This document shows positions 1 through 9,826 of a stretch of 64,000 nt of DNA, piece by piece. The translations under genes and the position numbers were made by a program. The stretch is taken from the NCBI GenBank assembly GCA_963675755.2, contig CAXXMD010000002.1, positions 224,001 through 288,000 on the forward strand. The letters are read 5' to 3'. Below the pieces are notes generated by a model. That model ran no database searches. It worked only from the letters and a program-made list of their open reading frames with translations, and had not been told where the DNA came from. How positions within the stretch are numbered: position 1 is the first letter of the stretch; every line of letters begins with the position of its first letter. The DNA comes from a bacterium. Lineage in GTDB: Bacteria > Zhuqueibacterota > Zhuqueibacteria > Residuimicrobiales > Krinioviventaceae.

Positions 1-493
1 TGATTTGCGTCCTTCTTCAGATACAAAAACCCATCTGGTTTTGTATAACAGTTTCCCCGAGATTGGCGGTATTTCACATACACATTCTACTTTTGCGGTA
101 GCGTGGGCGCAGGCAGCCAAAGGGATTCCAATATTGGGTACTACCCATGCAGACCATCTGCACCTTGAAGTCCCGTGTACAGATTTTATGACTCCTGAAA
201 TGATCAAAGGGGATTATGAAATTGAAACCGGTAACCAGATCTTTAAACGGTTTGCCCATCTTAATTATCGGGAAGTAGAAATGGTACTTGTCGCAGGCCA
301 CGGTCCCTTTACCTGGGGCAAAACCCCGGAAAAAGCGGTTTATAATAGTGTTGTACTCGAAGAAATGGCAAAAATGGCCTTGTTAACCTATCAAATAAAT
401 CCATCAACACCGTTACTGAGTGACGCACTGATCGATAAACATTATACACGTAAACATGGTCCCAATGCCTATTACGGTCAGAAAGAAAAATAA
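1..493 (+). CDS. araD: L-ribulose-5-phosphate 4-epimerase (5' part lies before the window)
   Basis: Class II aldolase motifs PSSD..TH, HTHS, GTTHAD, HGPFTWG and the C-terminal H.RKHG.NAYYGQ; directly upstream of araA. Confidence 0.93.
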   Translation, partial: DLRPSSDTKTHLVLYNSFPEIGGISHTHSTFAVAWAQAAKGIPILGTTHADHLHLEVPCTDFMTPEMIKGDYEIETGNQIFKRFAHLNYREVEMVLVAGHGPFTWGKTPEKAVYNSVVLEEMAKMALLTYQINPSTPLLSDALIDKHYTRKHGPNAYYGQKEK

Positions 494-517
494 TTTTAAT
501 ATACAGGAGTAGTAACA

Positions 518-2017
518 ATGGACCTCAAACAATTTGATATATGGTTTGTTACAGGCAGCCAGGCCTTGTACGGCCCCGAAACGCTGAAACAAGTGGCAGA
601 GCATTCCCAGGAAATCACTGCTTATTTTAATAAAGCTTTAGAAATTCCGGTCAATATTATATTCAAACCGGTAATGAAATCTACTGACGAGATTACCAAT
701 CTATGTATCGATGCAAATGCAGACCGCAAATGTATCGGTGTGATTACCTGGTGTCATACCTTTTCTCCATCCAAAATGTGGATCAATGGCTTAAAGATTT
801 TAAATAAACCCATACTGCATTTGCATACCCAGTACAATCGTGATTTGCCCTGGAACGAGATTGATATGGATTTTATGAACCTCAATCAATCAGCCCATGG
901 TGACAGAGAGCATGGATTTATCATGACCCGCTTGCGTATAGAACGCAAAGTTGTTGTGGGACACTGGCATGAAAAAGAAGTCAGTGAAAAGATTGGGATC
1001 TGGTCACGTGCTGCTGCGGCCTGGCATGAAATGCAAAATCTCAAAGTCGCCCGTTTTGGTGATAATATGCGTGAAGTTGCGGTAACCGAAGGCGACAAGG
1101 TAGAGGCGCAAATCAAACTTGGCGTATCAGTGAACAGCTATGGTGTTGGTGATATCGTCAAGGTGATTAACGATTTTACAGATGCTGAAATTGACAAACT
1201 GGTACAGGAATATGAAGATACTTATGTTATTGCTGCTGAAGGTCGAAAGGGCGGCGCGTATCATAACAATGTTCGCTATCAGGCCCGTATTGAATTGGGA
1301 TTAAAGGCATTCCTTTCAGAAGGTGGATTTGGTGCATATACGGATACCTTTGAAGATCTGCATGGTTTGGAACAATTGCCGGGATTGGCTACCCAGCGGT
1401 TAATGGATGCCGGTTATGGCTTTGGTGCAGAAGGCGACTGGAAACACTCTGCGCTTGTACGTGCTTTAAAAGTAATGGGCACCGGATTAAAGGGTGGAAG
1501 TTCTTTTATGGAAGATTACACCTATCATCTGGATCCTTCCGGTTCCAAAGTTTTGGGTGCGCATATGCTTGAAGTTTGTCCTTCTATTGCAGTAGGCAAG
1601 CCATCTTTGGAAGTACATCCATTGGGCATTGGCGGTAAAGATGCACCGGCAAGACTGGTTTTTGGAACTCCTGCGGGTCCTGCTGTCAATGTGACCCTTG
1701 TGGATATGGGGAACAGGTTCAGGATTATTACCAATCCAGTGGATTGTGTAGAACCAACACCCCTGCCCAAGTTACCGGTCGCGCGTTGTCTCTGGACACC
1801 CCAGCCTGATTTAAAAACCAGTGCGGCATCGTGGATTTATGCGGGTGGTGCGCATCATACTGCTTTCAGCCAGGCAGTAACAGCAGAGTATATTGAAGAT
1901 TTTGCTGAAATGGCAGGTATTGAATATGTATTGATCGACAAGAATACGACTGTATCCGAGTTGAAAAAAGAACTGCGCTGGAACGAGATTTATTATCATC
2001 TGGCAAAAGGATTATAA
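518..2017 (+). CDS. araA: L-arabinose isomerase
   Basis: 499 aa; [52 protein letters not shown]; RBS AGGAG. Confidence 0.97.
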   Translation: MDLKQFDIWFVTGSQALYGPETLKQVAEHSQEITAYFNKALEIPVNIIFKPVMKSTDEITNLCIDANADRKCIGVITWCHTFSPSKMWINGLKILNKPILHLHTQYNRDLPWNEIDMDFMNLNQSAHGDREHGFIMTRLRIERKVVVGHWHEKEVSEKIGIWSRAAAAWHEMQNLKVARFGDNMREVAVTEGDKVEAQIKLGVSVNSYGVGDIVKVINDFTDAEIDKLVQEYEDTYVIAAEGRKGGAYHNNVRYQARIELGLKAFLSEGGFGAYTDTFEDLHGLEQLPGLATQRLMDAGYGFGAEGDWKHSALVRALKVMGTGLKGGSSFMEDYTYHLDPSGSKVLGAHMLEVCPSIAVGKPSLEVHPLGIGGKDAPARLVFGTPAGPAVNVTLVDMGNRFRIITNPVDCVEPTPLPKLPVARCLWTPQPDLKTSAASWIYAGGAHHTAFSQAVTAEYIEDFAEMAGIEYVLIDKNTTVSELKKELRWNEIYYHLAKGL

Positions 2018-2052
2018 AAAAATCAAGGGCCTGGTTATTCATCAGGCCCTTG
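2016..2052. terminator. Intrinsic terminator hairpin between convergent araA and GNAT genes
   Basis: CAAGGGCCTG (2024-2033) / CAGGCCCTTG (2043-2052); the preceding A-run gives a U-tract on the minus strand. Confidence 0.75.
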
Positions 2053-2917
2053 CTGTAATGGGGTGCTTAAACGGGGATGCAATATTGAATGATTCAGCTT
2101 TTATCATCAATTTGTCACTATTTTGCGGTGGTTCTGTTTTGCATTGAACATCGAGCCTGTCTGGTGTGAAATGGAATTCAACTTTATTAATTTGGGGCCC
2201 TGATATATAGTTTTTGATTTGTTCAAATTTGATGGAATGGGCTGATATAATATCAAACAAATGTACAGCATTCTCTTTCTTTTCAAAAACCAGAATTATA
2301 TCCTCTGCCGGACAATAATAGAAATTATTGTTTAGCATATTATAGGTATACCAGGAAATAATATGCTCAGCATTTCTTACACCAAATGTAGAAGAAAGGG
2401 GAGTCCTTTTTCTGATCAGTCGTTTGGCGAGTTCTCGGTCGTCTGTTTTGCTAAAATCCAGTTTCCGGATTTGTGAATTATGCGACTCGACCGTATTGAT
2501 GTCAGCAATAAATGAGGACTGTTGTATTTCTTTGAATCCAAAACGTTGATAGAATGATGCCAACTCGGGTTCACAAAACAGATAGAATAAATCGGTTACA
2601 GCTGTATAGTCATGAATAATCCGGTTTATTAAAGCACTCACCAGGCCTTTTCCACGATAATCCGGATGGGTCATAACAGTACCGATTTGTACAGCATTAA
2701 CCGGGGAGTCGTGAATGATCAGGTCCATCAGGTTTAACGAAGCATTGGATATTATTTTATTATCCCAATACGCGTAACAGATATACCTGTCATTCCAGTG
2801 TCCGCCCTGGAACCAGTTTTCAAAATCAATATCAAAAGTTTCAACTACCAGGCGATTAAAATCAAGGCGTTGATTGTCATTTGACTGGTAATTTTTTATA
2901 AATTCTGGTGATTGCAT
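2042..2917 (-). CDS. GNAT family N-acetyltransferase
   Basis: Acetyl-CoA motif IGTVMTHPDYRGKGL and FYQRFGF. Confidence 0.85.
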   Translation of the reverse strand: MQSPEFIKNYQSNDNQRLDFNRLVVETFDIDFENWFQGGHWNDRYICYAYWDNKIISNASLNLMDLIIHDSPVNAVQIGTVMTHPDYRGKGLVSALINRIIHDYTAVTDLFYLFCEPELASFYQRFGFKEIQQSSFIADINTVESHNSQIRKLDFSKTDDRELAKRLIRKRTPLSSTFGVRNAEHIISWYTYNMLNNNFYYCPAEDIILVFEKKENAVHLFDIISAHSIKFEQIKNYISGPQINKVEFHFTPDRLDVQCKTEPPQNSDKLMIKAESFNIASPFKHPITARA

Positions 2918-2922
2918 TCGAA

Positions 2923-3627
2923 TTATTTAAATTGATAAATAATTTGCAAGCTCGTTTGATAGGCTTTATTTCTGCCAAAAATATCAAGATAATCATATTC
3001 AAAATGATATGCGTAACCGATATCCGGGGCATATTCGAATTGTAAACCTAATGACAGATTGTTGGCAATGGGGTATTGCAGGCTTGCTCCTGCTAGTGCT
3101 CCAAAGACGACAGATTGTATATCTTCTTTATATATATATACATAAAAATAATCTCCATTATATTGTTTGTCATCTGAGGTATATGTATCCGGAGTATATT
3201 TATATTTTTGAAAATAATCAAGTCTTGCGCCTGCCATAACATTGATTTTCAGTTTCTTTATTTCAAGTACTGTAACTTTTAAATAAACGGGAAAAGATAT
3301 ATAATCAAGACGGATTTCATCCTGTGCGGTTTTTAATATTTCAGGACCCGATTCACCCGTAACAATAAATTCATCCTTGTATCCTTTTTGAGTGTAATTT
3401 GCACCAAAACCAATCGCTAACCGGGGATGAATATGAGAAATTTCAACAAATAATCCGGCTGTTGAACCATTCTTCCAAATCATATCCCCTTTATAGTTTG
3501 CCAATTCATGATTTTGGTATTGATTGGAATATACCCAACCCAATGAGCCTCCAACATTTGCCGATGAAAAGCACTGTGAGACTGAAAAAACAATCAATAG
3601 CGATACAAAAATACTATTTTTTTTCAT
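2923..3627 (-). CDS. Outer-membrane beta-barrel protein (PorT/OmpA-like, probably 8 strands)
   Basis: Signal peptide from ATG 3627 (MKKNSIF...); YTQKG, RLDYISFPV motifs; C-terminal LQIIYQFK beta-signal. Confidence 0.75.
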   Translation of the reverse strand: MKKNSIFVSLLIVFSVSQCFSSANVGGSLGWVYSNQYQNHELANYKGDMIWKNGSTAGLFVEISHIHPRLAIGFGANYTQKGYKDEFIVTGESGPEILKTAQDEIRLDYISFPVYLKVTVLEIKKLKINVMAGARLDYFQKYKYTPDTYTSDDKQYNGDYFYVYIYKEDIQSVVFGALAGASLQYPIANNLSLGLQFEYAPDIGYAYHFEYDYLDIFGRNKAYQTSLQIIYQFK

Positions 3628-3699
3628 CCCGATTCCTGTTTTGAAATAATGATTTGAATTTATTGAAATCAAGATAGTAAAATTTAGGATAACCTGCCA

Positions 3700-3740
3700 G
3701 AAGAAATATCAAGACCGCCAAACGAGTCAGCGGTCTTGAT
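3700..3740 (-). terminator. Terminator hairpin after the ABC operon
   Basis: ATCAAGACCGC (3708-3718) / GCGGTCTTGAT (3730-3740), followed by ATTTCTT on the minus strand. Confidence 0.65.
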
Positions 3741-3757
3741 GGGGGAGTTGTGTGTGT

Positions 3758-5224
3758 CTATCTTACATCATAACGATTAAAAGCAATAAAAGCTCCGCTT
3801 ATACATAATGATGTGTATAATAACAGAACCATGATCTGTTTTAATGAGGGGAATAGTAGTGTAGACAATCTCGTTTTTCCAGGATTATATTCCGGTACAC
3901 CGCTAATGTCCAGGCTGGTATTTCGTCCCATTTCCAGTTTGAATCCTGCTTCAGAAGCTATAGTTACTCGTAATCCTGTTATACCGGTTTCTGATTTTTC
4001 TTTATTATCCAGATACTGATTTAATATGTTTTTATAGTCCTGCATGTTTTGTTCTGTACGTGATTTTAAATGAATATCCGTTTCTGCAACGTTGAGCATT
4101 AAAAGTTCAAATGCTGCGGCTGGCGATAGTTGGGCCAATGTAAAGGCAAGTTGTTCCTGTTCTCTTTTCTGGTTATAATATAGATTGTATTGAGCTGTTG
4201 AATACTCGTTGATATCTTTTTGATAATTTTTGCGTAAAGCATCTTCCTGTTCAATCCATTCCCACATGTGGTCATCCTGATAGATTTCTCGTTCAGAACG
4301 GTCCATATTTGTCATTTCAACATTCCGGATATTCCACATTTGTTCAAGCTCTTTGGTAAAGCTATCCCAGCGTTGTTTTGAATGGCCTTCTATTTGAGCG
4401 TCAATTTCAGCAACAGATGGCACCGGTTTTATTCTACCCGCAGCCATTACACCTATTCTGGGGATGATCAATACCAATGTGATCCAGATTATTAACAAGA
4501 GTAAGAAAGATGTTGAGGATTTTTGAGTTACTGATGATATAAACAAACCCATTGCAATAAAGAATACAAAATAAATCATTGTACTTGAGATCATGATGAT
4601 CATTCGAATCCACATATTGGAATCGAGCTGAATGTTAAATGCCATGATCAGTAATAAACTGATTAGAATTGATAAAATTACTGGTAATAACAATCCACTG
4701 CAGATTCCGGTAAATTTAGCTGTAATATATTGTTTTCTGGGAACAGCGTTTGCAAAAGTAAGCCGTAATGTGCCATTCTCTTTTTCACCGCTGATTGCGT
4801 CAAAAGAAAAGAGAATCGCAAAAAGAGATAACACAATAAGCACAAATCCTTTATAATCCAAATGTCTGAATACAGCAAAAATCGGATCATCGGAATAGGT
4901 ACTATGTTCGAGTTTAATGGGACTGGTACGATCTATGGAACTGTACCGGCCAATATCATTGGTGATTCCAGTTGTGAAAATTTTTAACGGATCGGGTTTA
5001 CGGTAAAGTGTCCGTTTGAAATGAGACCATGAACTCAGGCTGTTCATTTCTTCCAATGATAATTGTTCACCGGCATTGTACGATTGAATTGCGGACTGGT
5101 AATCCAGTATTCCTAGATAGATTGCCAGCATTAACAACAAGAGCGTTATTAAAAAAGTGAAAATGAATTTAGGTCCTGTTAGAATTGCTTTAAATTCCTT
5201 AATAAATATTGTTTTAAACATCAT
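3758..5224 (-). CDS. ABC-2 type exporter permease (paralog 2)
   Basis: N-terminal IFIKEF; FDAISGEKENGTLRLTFANAVPR...KF; about 6 TM helices with a long extracytoplasmic loop; ends YDVR. Confidence 0.88.
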   Translation of the reverse strand: MMFKTIFIKEFKAILTGPKFIFTFLITLLLLMLAIYLGILDYQSAIQSYNAGEQLSLEEMNSLSSWSHFKRTLYRKPDPLKIFTTGITNDIGRYSSIDRTSPIKLEHSTYSDDPIFAVFRHLDYKGFVLIVLSLFAILFSFDAISGEKENGTLRLTFANAVPRKQYITAKFTGICSGLLLPVILSILISLLLIMAFNIQLDSNMWIRMIIMISSTMIYFVFFIAMGLFISSVTQKSSTSFLLLLIIWITLVLIIPRIGVMAAGRIKPVPSVAEIDAQIEGHSKQRWDSFTKELEQMWNIRNVEMTNMDRSEREIYQDDHMWEWIEQEDALRKNYQKDINEYSTAQYNLYYNQKREQEQLAFTLAQLSPAAAFELLMLNVAETDIHLKSRTEQNMQDYKNILNQYLDNKEKSETGITGLRVTIASEAGFKLEMGRNTSLDISGVPEYNPGKTRLSTLLFPSLKQIMVLLLYTSLCISGAFIAFNRYDVR

Positions 5225-5236
5225 GTCCTCGGAAGT

Positions 5237-6652
5237 TTATCTGACGTCATATTTCAAAAATCCAATCAAGGCACCGGTAAAACAGAGTGCGTTGAGTACC
5301 AATAGAATTGACAGGTTAACAACAAATGGTTTTATATTTTGGTTAATGGAAACCGGTTGATAGACAAAGGCGGGCAATTCATTAATATCAATGGGTGGGG
5401 GCTGATTTTCTCCATCATCATTTATTTTCATCATTACGGTTCCCTGATCAAGTAATATACCTGTTTTCTCTTTCATAAACTGTTGATATACTGTTTGATA
5501 CCCCTGAACATTTTTGATAAAATTATTGTCCAGATCTAACGAAGTGCCTGAAATGGTTGAAACTGCTAAACCGAATAATGCTGCGGGAGAAATTCTGGCA
5601 ATACCCAACGCAATCCTTTTTTGTATTCCTTTTTTATTTTGCCTGTCTTCATTTAACCTGCCTGAAAAATCCATCAGCCTTTCATTTCTACTATCTCCAA
5701 GGTCTTGCATAAATTCTTGAAATTCCTGAATCATTTTTTCGGGATCTTGCGTGTTGATGGGATTAAATTGTGCCATTTTATTGCGATCTTCCTGTAACAA
5801 TTGGGACCTCAATCTGCTCTTTTGATAATCAAGGTAATCAACAGAGGGCACATTTACTGCTTTACCGGCAATAAGTACAGAAGCATTCGGTATGACAAAC
5901 ACAAACAATAACCACAATATAAGCATGGACAAAAAAGAAAGAGAAGGCTTGGGTAATACTATGGAGGCTAGAAAGGACAACAATTGAAAAAAATTAAAAT
6001 ATACAAGCCCGGCCAGTATTACCAGAAAGAGTTGTATCCATTCAGTTAATGAGAGTTCAATACCCATGAAAATCAGTATCAGGCAACCCAGCAACAAGGG
6101 AAGCATTAGTGGTAATGCAATGGCAAAAAAGGAACCGGTAATTTTACCAATAATATATTTGTCTTTGGGCACAGGGTTAGAAAAAGTCAATCTTAATGTC
6201 CCTTGTTGTTTTTCTCCATTTACCGCATCATAGGAGAACAATATGGCAAATATGGATAAAATGATTTGAAAGATAAATGTGAGATCCAGAAACCTGAAAA
6301 CAGCAAATAAAGGATCATTGCTGTACCGGCTATTTGCTGATGTCAATTCACCCCGGCTGAAAATTTCGGCTGACCGTCCAATGTCGTTTGATACTCCTGT
6401 AATAATGGATTCAAGGGGAGAGGGCGGTAAAAAAGCATGATGCCCCGTTACTTGTAACCAGTCAGTTAAACCGCTAAACTGTCGCAGGTTTTCAGCCTTT
6501 GCAGCATTATATTTATCCAGATTCATCTGATAGTTGGCTGCACCAATATAAAACGAAATAAGGATTAATACGGAGCAAACGGTAAATGTCCAAACAAATT
6601 TGCGTGTTTGTAAATGCTCCAACAGTTCTTTATAAATAATTGTTTTGATCAT
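5237..6652 (-). CDS. ABC-2 type exporter permease (paralog 1)
   Basis: IIYKEL; YDAVNGEKQQGTLRLTFSNPVPK; same topology as its neighbour; ends YDVR. Confidence 0.88.
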   Translation of the reverse strand: MIKTIIYKELLEHLQTRKFVWTFTVCSVLILISFYIGAANYQMNLDKYNAAKAENLRQFSGLTDWLQVTGHHAFLPPSPLESIITGVSNDIGRSAEIFSRGELTSANSRYSNDPLFAVFRFLDLTFIFQIILSIFAILFSYDAVNGEKQQGTLRLTFSNPVPKDKYIIGKITGSFFAIALPLMLPLLLGCLILIFMGIELSLTEWIQLFLVILAGLVYFNFFQLLSFLASIVLPKPSLSFLSMLILWLLFVFVIPNASVLIAGKAVNVPSVDYLDYQKSRLRSQLLQEDRNKMAQFNPINTQDPEKMIQEFQEFMQDLGDSRNERLMDFSGRLNEDRQNKKGIQKRIALGIARISPAALFGLAVSTISGTSLDLDNNFIKNVQGYQTVYQQFMKEKTGILLDQGTVMMKINDDGENQPPPIDINELPAFVYQPVSINQNIKPFVVNLSILLVLNALCFTGALIGFLKYDVR

Positions 6653-7405
6653 CTAGTTCTCCTGCACCTGATTGTTCTCCTTGAGAATATATTGTAAATA
6701 GAGTTGTTCAAGATCCTGCTGTTGCAATTCTTTTTTAGATTGCTCTGTTACAATTTTTCCCTTGCTCATAATTCCAACCATGTCTGCCATCTGTTTTGCT
6801 CTGAAAATATCATGAGTGGATATCAGGATCGCTTTACCTTCATCCTTCAATTCCAGTAACAAGTCGGTGAAATCATGGCCGGCTTTGGGGTCCAGCCCGG
6901 ATGTGGGTTCATCCAATACAATTGCAGGTGCGTTTTTCAGAATAGCTATTGCAATACCGCATTTTTGACGCATACCTTTGGAATAGTCACCCAGTTTACG
7001 ATTGTGGCTGCTTTTTTCCAAGCCGACTCTTTCCAGGGCTTCGTGATAATCTGATTTGGTATAGTAATCATGTCCACCGAGTTTTGAAAAATATTCCAGA
7101 TTTTGTATTGCACTGAAATTTGGATACAACATTACATTTTCAGAAACATATGCCAGTTTTTCTCTGGCACGTAGGGGATTTACATGTGTTTCAATTCCAT
7201 CTACCAGTGCTCTTCCATTTGTTGGTTCAATAAAGTTTAAAAAGATGTTTATTGTTGTAGATTTCCCGGCTCCGTTTGCTCCCAGCATGGCATAAATTTG
7301 TCCGGTATATATTTTGAATGAAACCTGATCAAGTGCAAGTACATCAGGTTCGTAAGCTTTTGTTAATGCGTCTGCTTCCAATAGAGGAGTATTAATATTT
7401 TCCAT
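6653..7405 (-). CDS. ABC transporter ATP-binding protein
   Basis: Walker A GANGAGKS, signature YSKGMRQ, Walker B IVLDEP, H-loop STH; ATG 7405 has a GAGG RBS (ORF open to 7417). Confidence 0.95.
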   Translation of the reverse strand: MENINTPLLEADALTKAYEPDVLALDQVSFKIYTGQIYAMLGANGAGKSTTINIFLNFIEPTNGRALVDGIETHVNPLRAREKLAYVSENVMLYPNFSAIQNLEYFSKLGGHDYYTKSDYHEALERVGLEKSSHNRKLGDYSKGMRQKCGIAIAILKNAPAIVLDEPTSGLDPKAGHDFTDLLLELKDEGKAILISTHDIFRAKQMADMVGIMSKGKIVTEQSKKELQQQDLEQLYLQYILKENNQVQEN

Positions 7406-7420
7406 AGTTAACCTCATTAT

Positions 7421-8911
7421 TTATCTTCGTGAAAGGCGAATTCCATAATAGATGATAACCGAGATGATTATCAGTATAAACAGGATGATGATCAAAGTTC
7501 CTGCTGTATTAGATCTTGCTTCTACCTGTACAATTACTGTTTTTTCTTCACCATATACAGGACGGTTGTCTGATAACGATGTGGATTTTATCCTGAATTC
7601 ATAGCGACCTGTACTAATCTCCTTCGTTGGCGTTAGGGTAATCCGTGTTTGTTTTTCATTACCTATTTCAAGTGATGGTGTTAATTCAGGATCAATGGAT
7701 TTGTCCCAGTTCATTGGTGTGTCTGCCTCCACCTTGATATTGTCAAGACGGCGAGACCCCTCATTAATTAGCTCAATATTAAAAGAAACCTGTTCCTCAG
7801 GTTTAATTGAGAAGTAGAGCATGGGAGCCCTTACCAAAAGTTTTCCAACACCGCGGGGTACAAGTTCCAATCGTACATAGCCAATATTCAGTGCTTCCAG
7901 TTCTTTATCATTCCAGATTTTATCAGAATCATTAAATTCACTGATCATGTTGCGGGGTACTGCAAGCACATAAAAGGGGATTGCCTGATCTATGACAATT
8001 TCATCAGATGGGCGATCAGGCATAAATACCTGTAATGCTGCTTGCCGGGTATTGGTGCTTTCAGTGAATTTGAACTGACTTAATCTCGCCTGACTAGCAG
8101 GATCCATAAAATAATGGTTAATCTGTTTGGGCAGATTCACAACCAAAAGTTTAAAAGTATTATTAACAGCACTAAACAATTCCAGAGTCAGATCAAGTGA
8201 TGCAGACTCGCCCAGTTCAACCTCTTGAGAGAATTGTTCAGATTGAACAATAACCTTGTTTTCGGATTCATCTTTTTGCAAAAAGATTTTAGGACTTCGT
8301 TGACTTCCATTGCTATATAAGAGATTTACCGTAACCGCATCCACATCCTGAAGTAAACCAAAGTCCAGCGTAATGGGTTTGCCGTACAAAAGCTGTTCAA
8401 TTTTTGCTTCATACGGTTGACTGATGATGGCATTGTCGTCATTCAAGAGTGAAACATAAACGTCATGTACTGTTTCCGGTTGCAGTGCGTTATAAAGATC
8501 ATCGTCAATGTTTAACAGCTTTTTAAACTCGGCTGTACCACCGGATGTATTTGCCAAAGTAATTTTGACTCGTTTTTGTCCGGTTTTGGATTGATACTTT
8601 ACCGCATTTTCTACACCCACATACTGATTTTCAAACAGGACGGCCAGCAGGGATTGCTGATAATTGACTTCAGCATCTGTCATTATATTTCTGGCGTTAT
8701 CCAGTTCCTGTTGAGATGTAAGGCCATTGTCAAACATGTCTTTGATTCGGTCGAACTGTTTCTTTGACATGTCATAGGCTTCTTTGGCCCGTTTTAATCC
8801 CAACAGCGTATATTGATCATCCCGTTGATTAAAATATGTCCCGGTTTGACTGAATGCGAGAGAGTACAGGATTAAGACGATTAAAAAATATTTAAATATT
8901 TGATTCGGCAT
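7421..8911 (-). CDS. Periplasmic accessory protein: MFP-like helical hairpin + Ig-like/NEW3 domains + C-terminal TM anchor
   Basis: Signal peptide; LKRAKEAYDMSKKQFDRIKDMFDNGLTSQQELDNAR hairpin; NEW3-like N.G...L.NI....TP.NW...L..G...TP....GRY; hydrophobic C-terminal helix followed by RLSRR. Confidence 0.7.
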   Translation of the reverse strand: MPNQIFKYFLIVLILYSLAFSQTGTYFNQRDDQYTLLGLKRAKEAYDMSKKQFDRIKDMFDNGLTSQQELDNARNIMTDAEVNYQQSLLAVLFENQYVGVENAVKYQSKTGQKRVKITLANTSGGTAEFKKLLNIDDDLYNALQPETVHDVYVSLLNDDNAIISQPYEAKIEQLLYGKPITLDFGLLQDVDAVTVNLLYSNGSQRSPKIFLQKDESENKVIVQSEQFSQEVELGESASLDLTLELFSAVNNTFKLLVVNLPKQINHYFMDPASQARLSQFKFTESTNTRQAALQVFMPDRPSDEIVIDQAIPFYVLAVPRNMISEFNDSDKIWNDKELEALNIGYVRLELVPRGVGKLLVRAPMLYFSIKPEEQVSFNIELINEGSRRLDNIKVEADTPMNWDKSIDPELTPSLEIGNEKQTRITLTPTKEISTGRYEFRIKSTSLSDNRPVYGEEKTVIVQVEARSNTAGTLIIILFILIIISVIIYYGIRLSRR

Positions 8912-8922
8912 TGAGCTTCTCG

Positions 8923-9684
8923 TTATTTATTAATAATGATATTGTCTTTGATTTCTGGTTTAATAAAAGAGACTCTAGTAGTTTTATCTTTATTTTTAAA
9001 TAAAAGTGTAACTTGCTCTCCAATCTTGATTTTGGAATAGAGTGCATCAAAATCCATTTTGTTGTTAACAGTATTATCGTTAATGGAAAGTAATTGACAA
9101 CCGGGTTCTATCTTTGTATCACCCAGAATAGTATGCGCGTGTGGCAGCACGTCAAATACAGTCAAAATATTATTGTTTTCTTCCAGCACTAATCCTTCGC
9201 CTGCAAGGATAATGAGATTCTCTGCGCCTTTGAGTACGACTTGCTCATTGTCGCCCATATCATCAGAAGGTGTTTTATCCTGAATGATCATTACACGTTT
9301 TCCATCTTGTTTTTGTAAATCCATTTTTTTGAATGCAATCATGAGCATTTGTCCGTCTCGTTGTATTCCCATTTTTACTTCTGATTCCGGATCCAGCGAA
9401 TCATAAATATTTTTAATTTCAGAAGCGCTTTTGACTCTTTTTTTGTTTACCATCAATATCGTATCATCTTGATCAAGTTTAATTTCACGATATTCTTCAG
9501 GGCGGGTTTCTGAGGGTAAAAGATTTGCAATTTTGACAGTATTGTTTTCACCTGATAATACAATCCCTAATTCCGGTAACATGAAAATGTCATCACCTGT
9601 AATTTCAATTTTTTTCATATGTACCTGAGCCAGCAGGGTAACGCATTGTATAAGGATGATCAGTGTTGATATTGTTCTTTTCAT
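8923..9684 (-). CDS. Secreted protein with two PDZ-like domains
   Basis: Signal peptide; two repeats (ELGIVL...LDQDDTILMVN...VKMGIQRDG and EGLVL...IEPGCQLLSIND...GEQVTL); RBS AAGGAG; no protease domain. Confidence 0.7.
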   Translation of the reverse strand: MKRTISTLIILIQCVTLLAQVHMKKIEITGDDIFMLPELGIVLSGENNTVKIANLLPSETRPEEYREIKLDQDDTILMVNKKRVKSASEIKNIYDSLDPESEVKMGIQRDGQMLMIAFKKMDLQKQDGKRVMIIQDKTPSDDMGDNEQVVLKGAENLIILAGEGLVLEENNNILTVFDVLPHAHTILGDTKIEPGCQLLSINDNTVNNKMDFDALYSKIKIGEQVTLLFKNKDKTTRVSFIKPEIKDNIIINK

Positions 9685-9750
9685 TTTATTCTCCTTTTTT
9701 ATGATTTATATTTTGTACGCCAAATATAAGTAATTGTTTTTACTGACTAT

Positions 9751-9790
9751 AGTTAAATAGTGTTATAATGTGTTAAAAAGTGTTAAAATC
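9751..9790. promoter_or_regulatory. Four tandem 10-bp direct repeats, probable OmpR-family binding array
   Basis: AGTTAAATAG TGTTATAATG TGTTAAAAAG TGTTAAAATC in the divergent intergenic region. Confidence 0.7.
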
Positions 9791-9826
9791 CGTGTTTTTT
9801 TCATCAATATGTATTATGTTTAACTG

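Noticed and set aside
3128-3144. (TA)n microsatellite
   Set aside because: Short, in frame within the barrel gene (YVYIY) and expected in AT-rich DNA
2923-3627. The beta-barrel as the outer-membrane exit duct of the ABC operon
   Set aside because: It is a small barrel unlike TolC and is separated from the operon by a terminator-like hairpin
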